Shown here: one piece after another, positions 43,991-55,033 of the stretch | Layout of the letters: every line of letters starts with the position of its first letter | How positions within the stretch are numbered: position 1 is the first letter of the stretch | NCBI GenBank assembly: GCA_963921275.4 | Contig: OZ001293.3 | Coordinates: forward strand, 1,344,001-1,408,000 | Direction: 5' to 3' | Origin: an uncultured Hormoscilla sp. | GTDB lineage: Bacteria; Cyanobacteriota; Cyanobacteriia; Cyanobacteriales; Desertifilaceae | Length of the DNA: 64,000 bases | Position numbers and translations under genes: made by a program | The notes under the pieces: generated by a model | The model's input: the letters and a program-made list of their open reading frames with translations, nothing else | Database searches by the model: none | Told to the model about the DNA's origin: nothing

Positions 43991-44493
43991 GTAGCTAAAT
44001 CTGCAAATATTTGATCCACGTTAGCACCCGTCTTTGCCGACGTCGGAAATATCCCTAGCACTTGTTCTCGATCGGCAAATTTGTTGGCTTGCAATATTTT
44101 TTCCATTTTTTCTGAATCAATCAGGTCTGCTTTATTCAAAGCAATTATCATGAACCTTTTCTGATTGACTGATAAAAATAGCTTAATATGCTCTGGCAGA
44201 CTTTCTATCGTTTGCGGGCGACTGACATCAACAACTATGATTGCCCCCTTAGCCCCCAGCAAATAACTAGGAGCGATCGCCTTAAATTTTGTCTGACCTT
44301 CTATATCCCATATTAGCATCTGCAAATTTTTCTGCTCTCCTTTTTCACTGGTTACTTCTACCTCCTTCCGGGATATTTTCACCCCCACCGTTGACAGATA
44401 CTTATCACTAAACTGGCGGTCTACAAACCTGCGAATCAGGCTCGTCTTTCCCACACTAAAGTCACCTATCATACATATTTTTTTAGATATCAT
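43915..44493 (-). CDS. Rab-like small GTPase; C-terminal tail runs into intron sequence
   Basis: GDFSVGKTS, YLSTVG, WDIEG, NKAD, SAKTG. Confidence 0.88.
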   Translation of the reverse strand: MISKKICMIGDFSVGKTSLIRRFVDRQFSDKYLSTVGVKISRKEVEVTSEKGEQKNLQMLIWDIEGQTKFKAIAPSYLLGAKGAIIVVDVSRPQTIESLPEHIKLFLSVNQKRFMIIALNKADLIDSEKMEKILQANKFADREQVLGIFPTSAKTGANVDQIFADLATFARDFLLSPTDVSLSTDITLGISF

Positions 44494-44500
44494 CCTTTAC

Positions 44501-47500
44501 CTACTCTCCTTTCCCTACTGGCATAAACATTTCAAATCTAACACATCTACTCAACTCTGGCGGTGAAGAATCCTTCACATCCGGCGGTGATTTTGCCGTT
44601 CCAAAAACTTGCAATCGCCGTGGATCCACCCCCATACTTTCCAGAGCCCTTTTCACGACGAGCGCCCGCTGGAGAGACAACTGCTGGTTTTTCGCCCGAG
44701 AACCAATTTTATCACTATGACCTATCACCATCAGATGGATTTCTGGATATTCATCCATAAACTCCTTAATCTTCACCAGTTTGCCAGACCGCGATCCTGG
44801 GTGTAACTCTGCTGAGCCCAAATCAAAGTATAGCCGGCTATCAAGGGGATTTACCTTTAATTTTAACGTGCTGAAGACACTGCTCACCCCGGGAATTTCC
44901 TCAAGTGCCTGAGGAATTTGCTGAGCATCTTCCACCTCAAACACCCTTCCCTGCACCGTCACATTCTCCGCCTCGTAAAGGGTTGAAATCGAGACCCCCT
45001 CCCTTTGATTGAGCATTTTTGTCACCCGTTCCACTTCTTTCGCTGCCAACACCGGGTCTGGCGGCACCTCTACAGCGATTATTTGATTGTCCACCTCCAC
45101 CGCTGGCACCTGATTTTTGGCGATCACCTCTGCTTTTAAGCGCAGATACTGATTTGGCACTCGTCCTTTCAGGATCAAAGTTTCTTTTGAAGCGGATGCC
45201 GCGATGTTATATACGGATAATTCCGGTGCTGAGGCTAATGCCGCCGTCGTTTGCTCCTCTAGAAGCCGGTCTATACTGGAGCGATGCTGATGAATTCCCC
45301 AAGGTAGTAGCACCGCACTCAATACTGCTACTCCTATCACCAGTAATGTCGTAGGAGGTTTAAATGCTTTATCTTTTGAGCCAGTTTGCAGTAGTTTTTC
45401 TATAAGCTGCACTACTTGCTCTGGTATTGTAGCCGGACCTCCATCAAATTCAGAAACCTGTTTACCGTAACGCTGTACAATTGTGCCCAGTGTTTGCCTG
45501 ATCTGAACGAGCAACTGCTTAGAGGGTTCGCCCTTAACTACTACTGCCAGGTATGAGTATCCCGCCACTTCCAAGATAATTTTCGATTCTCCATAGTCGA
45601 TCGCATCCAGTTCCGACATTTCCCCCGACTGCACGATACAATCGTTGACAAAACTGCGGATCTCCGTCAGCATTCCCGCCACCATTTCCGACTCCATTCT
45701 CTGTTCTGATTCCGGTTGCGCTTCTGCTATCACTAGACCTGATTCTTTGTGAATTAAAAATACCGCCTGAGTCGCAAATGCTTTTGACTCTTGAAGAATC
45801 AATTCCGCTTCTGATACTCCTTGCATCGTCGCCCTAATCTTGTGCTTAATTCCCTCTGGAGATAGAGCGTTTTCCACATTTTCATTAATAGAGCAAATTA
45901 CGTCTGCCATGTATTTAGAAATCGTGCTGCCTATCACCGGATATAGAGCATCCACCATCGAGTCTCGTTCTAGTTCTATTTGGGCTTTTATGGCCCTACC
46001 CATCTCGGGGGCTAGCACTTCTGAGATCGAGTCTCGCTGAATTCTCATCTGTTCTTTGATGGCAGCACTCATTTCCGGCCCGATCGCCTTCGCTATTTCC
46101 TCTGGAGAGTTTTGGATCTGTTTAGAAATTGCTCCTGGCAGTAAATCTGCCAGAGCCGCACTCATTGCTTCCCTGTCCTCTCTACTTCGTTGCTCAATTA
46201 CCTTATCTATTATCGGTACAATTACCCGAATACTTTCTTCTTGGGATATGGTCAGATCCATGCCCACCAGTTCAGACACCAAAGGCATCAATGGATTTAT
46301 TACCCCTGTTTGACGCTCAACATCTGCCAATTTTTGTTCTATCTTGGCAATTACTGCACGCAAATCATCCGATTCTAACCCTGCTATAGTTCCTAGGGAA
46401 CTTGCTGCGGTCTTAACTAAACTCTCTACTTCTGGTTCTGCTGGTTGACTTTCGGATATCTCCTCCGAGGATATCCCTGGCCTTTCAGCCGCATTTTCGC
46501 TTGCGACCGATATCTCTGCTGCTTGCGGTGAGCGAAGTCGAACCGATGAATCTCCTTCTGATTCGGACTGCTGTCTTTCTGATACCTCCTCTATCTCGCT
46601 TGCCACCGATCTACTTACTGCTTTTTCTACCTTTTGTTTTGTTCCTGGCTCTTGTGATGGTTGTTTTTCTTGTTTGGGACGCCCAGTTAATAGGTTTCCT
46701 AGAGCTTCCAGGGAAGCCGCTAAATTTTCGACATTTTCTACATCATACTCTGAGCTAACTTGGGAAGCAGATCGATCCTCTGAGCGTTCATCTGACTCTC
46801 TTATGGGAGTCCTCTGGGAATATGGCCTCACTAATTGCTCCTCCGTCACCAATATTTCCGAGGCCACTTCTGGTGATGACCAACTTTTACGGCGATGTGG
46901 GACTGATGCACTTTCCAATTCCGCCTGCATCACCAGTAATTCTTCTGAGGATACTGTATCCGTAGACTGACTGCCACTTTTTTCTACCTGCTGGTGCTGC
47001 GGGGTAGTTTGGGTCGTGCCCAATAACAGACTGCTTAAAGCTTCCAGGGCTTTAACTGCCTCATTATCTCCGGGATGTTGAGAATAGCTCGATCCTGTTG
47101 CCCCCGCCTGATGGACTGAATTATCTGGACTAGCAGTTGAGCGCTGTCGATCTGGCTGTTTTTCCCCTTTACGGGCCTCTGTCCCATATCCTACATAACT
47201 GCTCCGGAATCGCACAGCCCGATCGTCTGTGCCCAACTGCCATAATTTTTCGGACCGCCCCGTTGCGTATGAGCCAGTTCCTACCCCCTTTTCTGTCCTA
47301 GGTCTGTCCCGATTGGACTTTAACATCCCATCATATGGCGATCGCCCTGCTTGCGAGCTAGCTGAGTACTGGTCTGACGACTCTTTTGCCGATGATGACT
47401 GCCGCTCAGTAAATTCCAAGCCCAGCAACAAACTCACCAAACCTTCCAGCTGAGCTGCTGCCTTCCGATCCGACAGCAACCCATCCTGTTGACTCAAGCT

Positions 47501-47527
47501 TGCCTGATTTTGTTTTGAGGTCGCCAT
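44501..47527 (-). CDS. Large membrane protein: disordered N-terminus, helical repeats, longin-like region, TM, BON domain(s), OmpA-like C-terminus
   Basis: VFLIHKESGLVIAE...; TM LLVIGVAVLSAVLLPW; YFDLGSAEL, GHSD, LSLQRA OmpA motifs. Confidence 0.8.
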   Translation of the reverse strand: MATSKQNQASLSQQDGLLSDRKAAAQLEGLVSLLLGLEFTERQSSSAKESSDQYSASSQAGRSPYDGMLKSNRDRPRTEKGVGTGSYATGRSEKLWQLGTDDRAVRFRSSYVGYGTEARKGEKQPDRQRSTASPDNSVHQAGATGSSYSQHPGDNEAVKALEALSSLLLGTTQTTPQHQQVEKSGSQSTDTVSSEELLVMQAELESASVPHRRKSWSSPEVASEILVTEEQLVRPYSQRTPIRESDERSEDRSASQVSSEYDVENVENLAASLEALGNLLTGRPKQEKQPSQEPGTKQKVEKAVSRSVASEIEEVSERQQSESEGDSSVRLRSPQAAEISVASENAAERPGISSEEISESQPAEPEVESLVKTAASSLGTIAGLESDDLRAVIAKIEQKLADVERQTGVINPLMPLVSELVGMDLTISQEESIRVIVPIIDKVIEQRSREDREAMSAALADLLPGAISKQIQNSPEEIAKAIGPEMSAAIKEQMRIQRDSISEVLAPEMGRAIKAQIELERDSMVDALYPVIGSTISKYMADVICSINENVENALSPEGIKHKIRATMQGVSEAELILQESKAFATQAVFLIHKESGLVIAEAQPESEQRMESEMVAGMLTEIRSFVNDCIVQSGEMSELDAIDYGESKIILEVAGYSYLAVVVKGEPSKQLLVQIRQTLGTIVQRYGKQVSEFDGGPATIPEQVVQLIEKLLQTGSKDKAFKPPTTLLVIGVAVLSAVLLPWGIHQHRSSIDRLLEEQTTAALASAPELSVYNIAASASKETLILKGRVPNQYLRLKAEVIAKNQVPAVEVDNQIIAVEVPPDPVLAAKEVERVTKMLNQREGVSISTLYEAENVTVQGRVFEVEDAQQIPQALEEIPGVSSVFSTLKLKVNPLDSRLYFDLGSAELHPGSRSGKLVKIKEFMDEYPEIHLMVIGHSDKIGSRAKNQQLSLQRALVVKRALESMGVDPRRLQVFGTAKSPPDVKDSSPPELSRCVRFEMFMPVGKGE

Positions 47528-47629
47528 AAGCCGCCATCCCTACCCTTGGGTTGTTCAATCAACCATTATAGCAACATTGGTTCCACTTGTGTCACCTTGC
47601 CACCAGAAGAGTGAAAGTCCCCCATGGGT

Positions 47630-48235
47630 TTATTTTTGTTCTGGTAACAATAAATCTGCTTTCACATTATAATTTCCTGACCCTTCCAGTTCCGGGAGAA
47701 ATTCATTTTTCTTTACCCGCATACACAGCTCAAACAGTATTTCTGCCATATCGTCTCGTCCCACCTTGCTTTCTTTTAAACTAGACAAGCGTTTTTCCAG
47801 TTTATCGGCAATTTCATTCCTCAGACTCTGAATATCTTTTTCTAGCTTTTCTTGCGCTTGATTTACTTCCCCCTTCACCGAGTTAATCTGAGAGCCAATC
47901 AGCTTATTTAGGGAATCGATACTCTCTGATACATTCTTGTCCTTCCCTTCTAGATCTTGCCTCATATCAGTGAGTTCTTCATTAGTCGTTATGCTGATAT
48001 ACTGGATTTTTTTCTCCAGAGAATACATAGTTGACCGCAGTTCTGTCGAGAGAGTATCGTTGAGTTGATTCAGGCGATCGCGCATTTCCTGCTGGAGAGC
48101 CGACAAGCTTGACTCTAGCTTATTCAGGCGAGTTTCATAGTCTCGCTGCTGCTTACCGAACAGCAAATCGCGAATTTGGTCAACATTTCCCAGTCTATCT
48201 CGCATTTCGTCTTGTGAGATATTATCACTCATCAA
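47630..48235 (-). CDS. Coiled-coil protein, first gene of the GTPase/OmpA operon
   Basis: VDQIRDLLFG followed by heptad-rich sequence. Confidence 0.7.
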   Translation of the reverse strand: MMSDNISQDEMRDRLGNVDQIRDLLFGKQQRDYETRLNKLESSLSALQQEMRDRLNQLNDTLSTELRSTMYSLEKKIQYISITTNEELTDMRQDLEGKDKNVSESIDSLNKLIGSQINSVKGEVNQAQEKLEKDIQSLRNEIADKLEKRLSSLKESKVGRDDMAEILFELCMRVKKNEFLPELEGSGNYNVKADLLLPEQK

Positions 48236-48607
48236 TTTACCTCCCTGGTAGTCAAGTCAAAACTCAGTTGTCCGTTGCCTAGCGTGTAGGACGGGCAGAT
48301 CGCCTGTCCGTCAGTTGTTTTTTAGCCTAGCGTGTAGGACGGGCAGATCGCCTGTCCGTCAGTTGTCCGTTGTCAGGAATTGTTGGGCATAAATGCTCAC
48401 AGAGTAAGGGGTTAAGCAAATTTTACGACTACAGAGCGCTCAAAACTTATGTATGACTACTTAATCACTGCTCGCGAACCCCGCCCTTGGATTAGTCCAG
48501 CCAGAGAGCGTACCAGTAAATCACTCAAGTTCTCTTTTAGATTTAAAATGCCAAATCAGTTCCAGGGGTTGGGAAGATTTCTCACCACTAGACCAAGGAT
48601 AATGTAG

Positions 48608-49762
48608 TCAAACACTCATCAAGGGCTGGATCTGCCCCGCCTGGACCAAAAGAATTTGGCAATTTTGCAGCCACGCTGCATCAAATGCCCCCAGGTGGGT
48701 TGTAGTAATCAGGGTTTGAAAGCGATCGCCAATCGCCTCCAGCAGCTGATTTTGCCGGTTTAAGTCCAATTCAGCTAGCACGTCATCCAGCAACAGCAGG
48801 GGTGACTCACCTGCTACCTCTGAAATCAGTTTCAGTTCTGCCAGTTTCAAAGCCAGCACCAGGGTCCGTTGTTGCCCTTGGGAACCATATTGCCGCGCCT
48901 TAGAATCGTCTATCGTCAACTCTAATTCGTCGCGGTGAGGACCAACGAGGGATGTCCCCTGGTACTTTTCCGCCATAGCCCTTTGCTGAATTTCCTCCAA
49001 AAAAGCTTGCTGTACTTCTGCTGGAGGGGAACGGGAGTCTCCTGGCCAGGGGACATTGGGAGCGTACTGCACCTTCAGAACCTCTTGAGAACCGCTGATA
49101 TCGGAGTGCCACGCAACAGCAATGGGGGCTAGCCGTTCTATTACCCTCGCGCGACGCCGCATCAAGCGAGAACCAATAGTTGCCAGTTGAGCATCCCAAA
49201 TCGCCAATTCTGAGTGGTTGGTCAAATCAGGGGACTGCTGAAAATTTTTCAACAGTTTGTTGCGCTGGCGCAAGACTTGGTTGTATTGTGCCAAAAAATG
49301 GGCATAGACTGGTTCCAGCTGGGTCAACAAAGTATCCAGCATGGTGCGACGCCGTTCAGGGCTACCGCGCACCAGTTCCAGATCGAGGCTAGAGAATTGT
49401 ACCACATTCAGGACGCCCAAGAAATCCAGCTGTCGCCGCGGGGATTCGTCATTGAGGGCAACAGTTCGGCATCCGTTGCTGCGGAGGAGGAGTTTGAGGT
49501 CCACTGAGCCTGTCTCTCGCTCCAAACTGCCGGTTATTTGCCCGCTAGCAGACTGGGAACCTTTATCCTGGGAGTGCCAGATCAAGTCCCGATCGCGAGA
49601 TGTTCGGTGAGATCTGAGAGTTGAGAGTAATTCCACAGCTTCCAGGAGATTCGACTTTCCCTGAGCATTATCCCCCACTAAGATAATTTTGGCAGCGTCA
49701 AAGCCGACTTGTTGATCCAGGTAGTTACGAAAATGTCTGAGGTGCAGCGTTTTCAGGTACAT
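48608..49762 (-). CDS. recF: DNA replication/repair protein RecF
   Basis: FRNY, GDNAQGKSN, GPHRD, SQGQQR, LLLDDVLAELD. Confidence 0.96.
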   Translation of the reverse strand: MYLKTLHLRHFRNYLDQQVGFDAAKIILVGDNAQGKSNLLEAVELLSTLRSHRTSRDRDLIWHSQDKGSQSASGQITGSLERETGSVDLKLLLRSNGCRTVALNDESPRRQLDFLGVLNVVQFSSLDLELVRGSPERRRTMLDTLLTQLEPVYAHFLAQYNQVLRQRNKLLKNFQQSPDLTNHSELAIWDAQLATIGSRLMRRRARVIERLAPIAVAWHSDISGSQEVLKVQYAPNVPWPGDSRSPPAEVQQAFLEEIQQRAMAEKYQGTSLVGPHRDELELTIDDSKARQYGSQGQQRTLVLALKLAELKLISEVAGESPLLLLDDVLAELDLNRQNQLLEAIGDRFQTLITTTHLGAFDAAWLQNCQILLVQAGQIQPLMSV

Positions 49763-49818
49763 CAAAAGCTATGGGTATAGGGCCTGGGACAACAACTTTT
49801 TGTCGCGTCCGAGCGCAA

Positions 49819-50742
49819 TTACGATCTCGAACTGGGGACTAAAACTGGTAAAATATCAGGAATGACTCGGAAGTGGGCTGGAGTTTTAGTAGTAATTTCA
49901 CCATCTGTATTGATAGAAATAGGCTTCTGAGTTAAAACTTCCATTTCTGTGCCTTCTAGAGTCAAGACTTTAGATATATTCCCCAGACGTCCTTGCCTTA
50001 AAGCAGGCAGTAAGGTAAACATTTCCCACCAGTGGTTAATCCCCAGACTGTAAAGGTCCAAACGCTGGTCGTCGATCGCCGCATCGGAGGCGATCGCCAT
50101 GCCTCCCCCATAATATAGGCCGTTCCCTACGGCAATTTGCACGGTTTTCACCTGGATAGACTGGCCATTACAGCGAATTTCGGCTCGAAAATGGCGAGAT
50201 CGGACCAGTACCCCTATAGCGGCGATCACATAGGCCAGAACTCCCCAGCGTCGCTTGACTTGTTTATTCAGACGGCGGGTGATGTTTACAGACAGCCCCA
50301 TACTGGCCACATTAAAGTAATGCTTTCCATTTACCCAACCCAAGTCTATATAATGTCGTTTACCCGCAGCGATCGTCTGGCAAGCTGCCTGTATAGACAG
50401 AGGAATCTTTAAGGTCCGGGCCAGGTCATTAGCAGTTCCCATCGGCAAAATGCCCAAGGGCAGCTGGGTATCAACCAGAGCATCTACAGCCGTATTCATG
50501 GTACCATCGCCACCACCAATAATCACCAAATCTACCTTATCCTGGTGCTGACGAATCACTTCCGGGATTTCCCCGGGGTGATAGACCGGTTCCTCCACCA
50601 GTTCAAAGCCGTATCGCCGCAGGTGGACGATCGCCTCTATGCGGTTTTTCCTGCCTTGGCGAGAGAGACGATTGACAAAAAACAGTGCTCGCTGGTTCAT
50701 ATTATAGAGACATGCTCTCGGCATGGAAATCGCCACTACCAT
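49819..50742 (-). CDS. Diacylglycerol kinase-family (YegS-like) lipid kinase
   Basis: GGDGT, PMGTANDLAR, YGGG, DGE; start probably about 50700. Confidence 0.9.
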   Translation of the reverse strand: MVVAISMPRACLYNMNQRALFFVNRLSRQGRKNRIEAIVHLRRYGFELVEEPVYHPGEIPEVIRQHQDKVDLVIIGGGDGTMNTAVDALVDTQLPLGILPMGTANDLARTLKIPLSIQAACQTIAAGKRHYIDLGWVNGKHYFNVASMGLSVNITRRLNKQVKRRWGVLAYVIAAIGVLVRSRHFRAEIRCNGQSIQVKTVQIAVGNGLYYGGGMAIASDAAIDDQRLDLYSLGINHWWEMFTLLPALRQGRLGNISKVLTLEGTEMEVLTQKPISINTDGEITTKTPAHFRVIPDILPVLVPSSRS

Positions 50743-50850
50743 CGCGGCGATCGCCCTAGCGGTCTTCTATATTTTATCTTGTTGAACGAGATGTTAACCA
50801 GGGTCAACCCATCCGGTGGTTTGTAGTAAGGACTTTAGTCCTTACCACCA

Positions 50851-52638
50851 TTACATCCTCTCCAAAACCGAAATTCCCAACAAAGATAACCCCAACTTCA
50901 GGGTTCTCGCCGTCAGGTCGCACAGCAGCAAGCGGGAATTCCGCTCTCGGTCAGCCGCCTTCAGTACTGGACAGCGATCATAAAACCGATTAAACTTCCC
51001 AGAGAGCACAAACAAATATTGACACAGGCGGTTAGGCATTAAATCAGCTTCCACAGCAAAGATAACTTCCGACAGTTGCAACAAATGCTTCGCCAGCACC
51101 AACTCAGTCGGTTCTGACAATAGAAAATTCGTTTTCCTATCCTCACCCAGTTGGGAAAAATCAATCTCACCCTTACGACTAATCCCCTGAATCCGGACAT
51201 AGGCATAAAGTAGATAAGGTGCCGTATTTCCTTGCAGGGAGAGCATCTTGTCGTAGCTAAAGATGTAATTGCTAGTGCGGTTCTGACTCAGATCGGCGTA
51301 TTTAACTGCACTCATGCCCACTACTTTGGCCACCTGAGCTTTGAACTCCTCAGTTTCGGTGCGTTCGCGTAGCGTGCGCGCAGCGCAATCTTCTGCCGCT
51401 AGTCTAGATTCTAGGTCAGCCCCAGCCCGGGCGATCGCCTCATCCAGCAAATCCCGCAGTCGCACAGTTTCCCCGGAACGAGTTTTCAGCTTCTTACCAT
51501 CTTCTCCCTGGACGAGACCAAAAGGAACATGAACCACATCTACCTGTTCCGTCAGCCAATTAGCACGTCGTGCTACCTGAAACACCTGAGAAAAGTGAGC
51601 AGCCTGACCAGCATCTGTAACATAGATAATCCTATCAGCTCCGTCCTCGCCTATCCGATAGCGTAAGGCTGCCAAATCTGTAGTAGCGTAATTATAGCCT
51701 CCATCAGACTTTTGGACGATCAAAGGTAATGGCGAGCCAGCCTTATTAGTAAAGCCTTCCAGAAAAACGCACTGGGCACCAGCATCCTCTTCAAGCAAAC
51801 CCAGCCGATCCAGGTCCGCCACGACAGCTGGTAAAAACGGATTATAGAAAGACTCTCCCCGTTCCGTCAGTTGCACCCCGAGGCGATCGTAAATCACCTG
51901 AAACTCCCGTCGGGACTGATCGCAGAGCAACTGCCAGGCCCGACGGGTATCTTCTGCACCAGCTTGCAGCTGCACCACTTCCTGCTGGGAAGTTTCCTTA
52001 AATGCTGCATCGGCGTCGAACCGGTGCTTCGCCTGTTTGTAAAAGGTAACTAAATCTCCCAAGTCCAGGGCGTCAGCGGTAGTCAGGGCCTGTGGGTAAG
52101 CTTCTCGCAGATAAGAGATCAGCATCCCGAACTGAGTTCCCCAGTCTCCGACATGATTGAGTCGCAGAACCTCGTGACCGCGAAATTCCAAAATCCTGGC
52201 AATGCAATCTCCAATAATAGTAGATCGCAGGTGACCGACATGCATCTCCTTAGCAATATTGGGGCTAGAAAAATCCACGATCGCCCGCTGGGGCTTTTTC
52301 ACCGGTGCCACCCCCAGTCGTGCATCTATATATATAGTATTCAGCTGGGCTTCCAAGTAGGCCGGTTGGAGAGTGAGATTAATAAAACCGGGGCCCGCGA
52401 TTTCTGCTGGTGCGCACAAATCGGAAATCTCTAGATGTTCTACTAGCTTTTGGGCGATATTTCTGGGCTTTTGCTGCAGTTGCTTCGTCAGAGACATGGC
52501 CACATTCGACTGGTAATCGCCAAACTTCGGATTACTGGCCAGTACTACCATTGGGTCACATCCTGCCAATTCTTCACCAAAAGCAGTAACCAAAGCCTGC
52601 TCAAATCTAGTTTTCAGCAATTCGATCGTCGAGTTCAT
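50851..52638 (-). CDS. argS: Arginine--tRNA ligase
   Basis: [25 protein letters not shown]-terminal LERM. Confidence 0.97.
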   Translation of the reverse strand: MNSTIELLKTRFEQALVTAFGEELAGCDPMVVLASNPKFGDYQSNVAMSLTKQLQQKPRNIAQKLVEHLEISDLCAPAEIAGPGFINLTLQPAYLEAQLNTIYIDARLGVAPVKKPQRAIVDFSSPNIAKEMHVGHLRSTIIGDCIARILEFRGHEVLRLNHVGDWGTQFGMLISYLREAYPQALTTADALDLGDLVTFYKQAKHRFDADAAFKETSQQEVVQLQAGAEDTRRAWQLLCDQSRREFQVIYDRLGVQLTERGESFYNPFLPAVVADLDRLGLLEEDAGAQCVFLEGFTNKAGSPLPLIVQKSDGGYNYATTDLAALRYRIGEDGADRIIYVTDAGQAAHFSQVFQVARRANWLTEQVDVVHVPFGLVQGEDGKKLKTRSGETVRLRDLLDEAIARAGADLESRLAAEDCAARTLRERTETEEFKAQVAKVVGMSAVKYADLSQNRTSNYIFSYDKMLSLQGNTAPYLLYAYVRIQGISRKGEIDFSQLGEDRKTNFLLSEPTELVLAKHLLQLSEVIFAVEADLMPNRLCQYLFVLSGKFNRFYDRCPVLKAADRERNSRLLLCDLTARTLKLGLSLLGISVLERM

Positions 52639-52783
52639 AGTTCTAGCGCTCCTGCGTCGCGCACTGCGTATCGGGCCTCACCTCCGGAACCAGAGTAACA
52701 TTGCTCACACCGTCGGTCACCCTAAAGCCTGCGGCACCCCCCAGAGGGGGACGAGGTTCGCTACGGCGCGTAGCGCTGCTGGA

Positions 52784-53650
52784 TCAGGAAAGCCGCATAC
52801 TCAAATCTAGCCAACTGGAGCGAGTAATCGGAGCACTGCTAGAAATGTAGTCTACCCCAGTTTCGGCCATAGCGCGGATATTTTCCAGAGTGACGTTGCC
52901 CGAAGCTTCGATTTTAATTCGGTCATCCCCCTTATGAATAAGCTGCACTGCCTGACGCATCATATCTACTGGCATATTGTCCAGCATGATGATATCCACT
53001 TGCTGGTGCAAAGCCTCTTCCGCCTGTTCCAATGTTTGCGTCTCTACTTCTATAGTCAAGGGAAAGGGGATTTGAGCACGAATGCGATCGATCGCCTCTG
53101 TTATACTACCGGCAGCTGCAATATGATTATCCTTAATCATCACAGCATCATCCAGACCCATGCGATGATTCCTGGCCCCACCTACGGCTGTAGCATATTT
53201 TTCGAGCACCCTCAACCCTGGCGTTGTTTTGCGGGTATCGACTAGCATCGCCAGTAGGTCGGCTATTTCCTCCACATACTGGCGGGTAAGGGTCGCAATG
53301 CCACTCAAGCGCATCACCAGATTCAAGGCCACCCGTTCTCCCATTAATAATGCCTCTAATCCACCGGACAGGCAGGCGATCGCCTCTCCTGGAGAGCACC
53401 GGTCACCCTCAGCTACTATTGCCTCAAACCTGACATCCTGGTCCAAAAGCTGGAACACCCGCTCCGCTACCGGCAATCCTGCGATCGTTCCTGATGCTTT
53501 CGCCACCCACTCCCCTCGGGCCACCACCATTTCTGGTCCCTTGAGCGCCGAAGTCGTGCGATCGCCCCTTCCAATATCCTCCAGCAACCATGATTGCAGC
53601 AGAGGGTCTAAGCCGATCCAAGGAGGTATTACTGGCGATAAATCGAGCAT
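52784..53650 (-). CDS. nadC: Nicotinate-nucleotide pyrophosphorylase
   Basis: DTRKTTPG, HRMGLDD, KDNH, EASGN. Confidence 0.96.
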   Translation of the reverse strand: MLDLSPVIPPWIGLDPLLQSWLLEDIGRGDRTTSALKGPEMVVARGEWVAKASGTIAGLPVAERVFQLLDQDVRFEAIVAEGDRCSPGEAIACLSGGLEALLMGERVALNLVMRLSGIATLTRQYVEEIADLLAMLVDTRKTTPGLRVLEKYATAVGGARNHRMGLDDAVMIKDNHIAAAGSITEAIDRIRAQIPFPLTIEVETQTLEQAEEALHQQVDIIMLDNMPVDMMRQAVQLIHKGDDRIKIEASGNVTLENIRAMAETGVDYISSSAPITRSSWLDLSMRLS

Positions 53651-53743
53651 TTCAACTGCCTCCAGAACTTTTTTGGCTTTTTTCTGAATAATTTTATCGC
53701 CTCAAATCCTTACCTGTAAAGCTTTTCAGAGTTATAACCCACC

Positions 53744-54090
53744 AGACAGGCGAGCGATCGCCCGTCCCAGAGAGCACCGGTCTTCCTCAGCACATACCGG
53801 TCCAGAAGCTAGAACAATTGCAACACCACCGGCAATCATGAGAGCTTTTCTGGTGTTTTCACCAGCCACTTAGTTCGGGCCACCAGCATTTCTGGTCCCT
53901 CGATCGCCGAATTTATGCGTTATTACCTACTAACATCCTCCAGCAACCATGATTTCAGGAGAGGCTCCAAGCCTCGCCAAGTGGTTATCACCGGCGATTT
54001 ATCCAGGATTTCAACCGCCTCGGGAACTTTTTTCGCTTTTTTTCAGAAAAAATTTATCTGCTCAAACCCTTACCCAGAATGCATTTCAGA
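53744..54090 (-). pseudogene. Degenerate duplicate of the nadC 5' region and its upstream DNA
   Basis: Colinear similarity to about 53368-53730 (e.g. GAGAGCACCGGTC, ATCCTCCAGCAACCATGATT). Confidence 0.75.
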
Positions 54091-54124
54091 CTTTGTAAAA
54101 AAAAAGTTTCCCAAAAACCTTAAA

Positions 54125-54336
54125 AAGGGGTTGACACTTGGAAATATAGTTGTTAAATTAGATAATTGCCTGAAAGAGAGGTCGCTGAGCAAGCGGCGCT
54201 CCCAAGGCGGACCGAACCTAGAAAAGAAAATAGTTTGAAAGCTAAGAAGCTTAAGTACCTCGTCAAAGAAAATCAAGTTTCCGGGGAAACCTAGGAACTA
54301 TAGTAAGTCAAAGAGCCGCAAACGGCTTCGGAATTA
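54125..54336 (+). promoter_or_regulatory. rRNA operon promoter and leader
   Basis: GGGGTTGACA at about 54127-54136 with spaced TAAATT; leader GAACCTAGAAAA...GTTTGAAA directly before the 16S start. Confidence 0.7.
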
Positions 54337-54417
<81 letters not shown>

Positions 54418-54480
54418 GCATAAAAGTAAAGGCAAACTCTGAAGTAATACTTAGAAACTGAAAATCATCGATTTTGTAGT

Positions 54481-54984
54481 TTGCAGACACACCCTAGTTC
54501 AGTTCATTTTACCGCTATAGAAAAAATAAAAATTTTCTTTCCCCAGAGTTTTAATAGTGTAACTGGCGAAGTTAAAATTCAAACTCCAGCTATAGTAGAT
54601 ATTCCCGAAATTATCAAGCTCATGAATTCTTCTCCAGAGGTGGCTTTTTGTGAATGGGAAGATTTCTTTCTTTTAGAAAGAACAATTTTTGAAAATCATT
54701 CTGTGAACTTAATAGCTAAGAAGGGAGTCGAATTAATATGAGTCTTAATAGGAGGTTCTTTTGGTGTCCGGGGGACAATCAGTCACCTGGTAGTTGCTGA
54801 AAAATATAGGTGTCAAGGGATAGGTCGTGCCTTAGTTGAGCGAGATTTAGAAGGATTCAAGTCTGCTGGAATTAAAAGAATATTTCTCTTCACTATAGAT
54901 GAGACTCTGGTTGGTTCTAAGTTTTGGAAAGCAATGGGATTTAAAGGGGTAGAAGGTGAAACAACCTTTGAACTCGACATTTAA
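54481..54984 (+). pseudogene. GNAT acetyltransferase with in-frame TGA
   Basis: Read-through of TGA at 54739 gives ISHLVVAEKYRCQGIGRALV...FWKAMGF. Confidence 0.75.
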
Positions 54985-55033
54985 AGAACAACAAGCAAAT
55001 TGTGCATTTAACTTATACAAAGAAGGTGAATTT

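Noticed and set aside
54739..54741. Selenocysteine or programmed read-through at in-frame TGA codons (also 7039)
   Set aside because: The positions are not catalytic Cys sites, no SECIS-like hairpin is evident, and TAA/TAG lesions are just as common in the window
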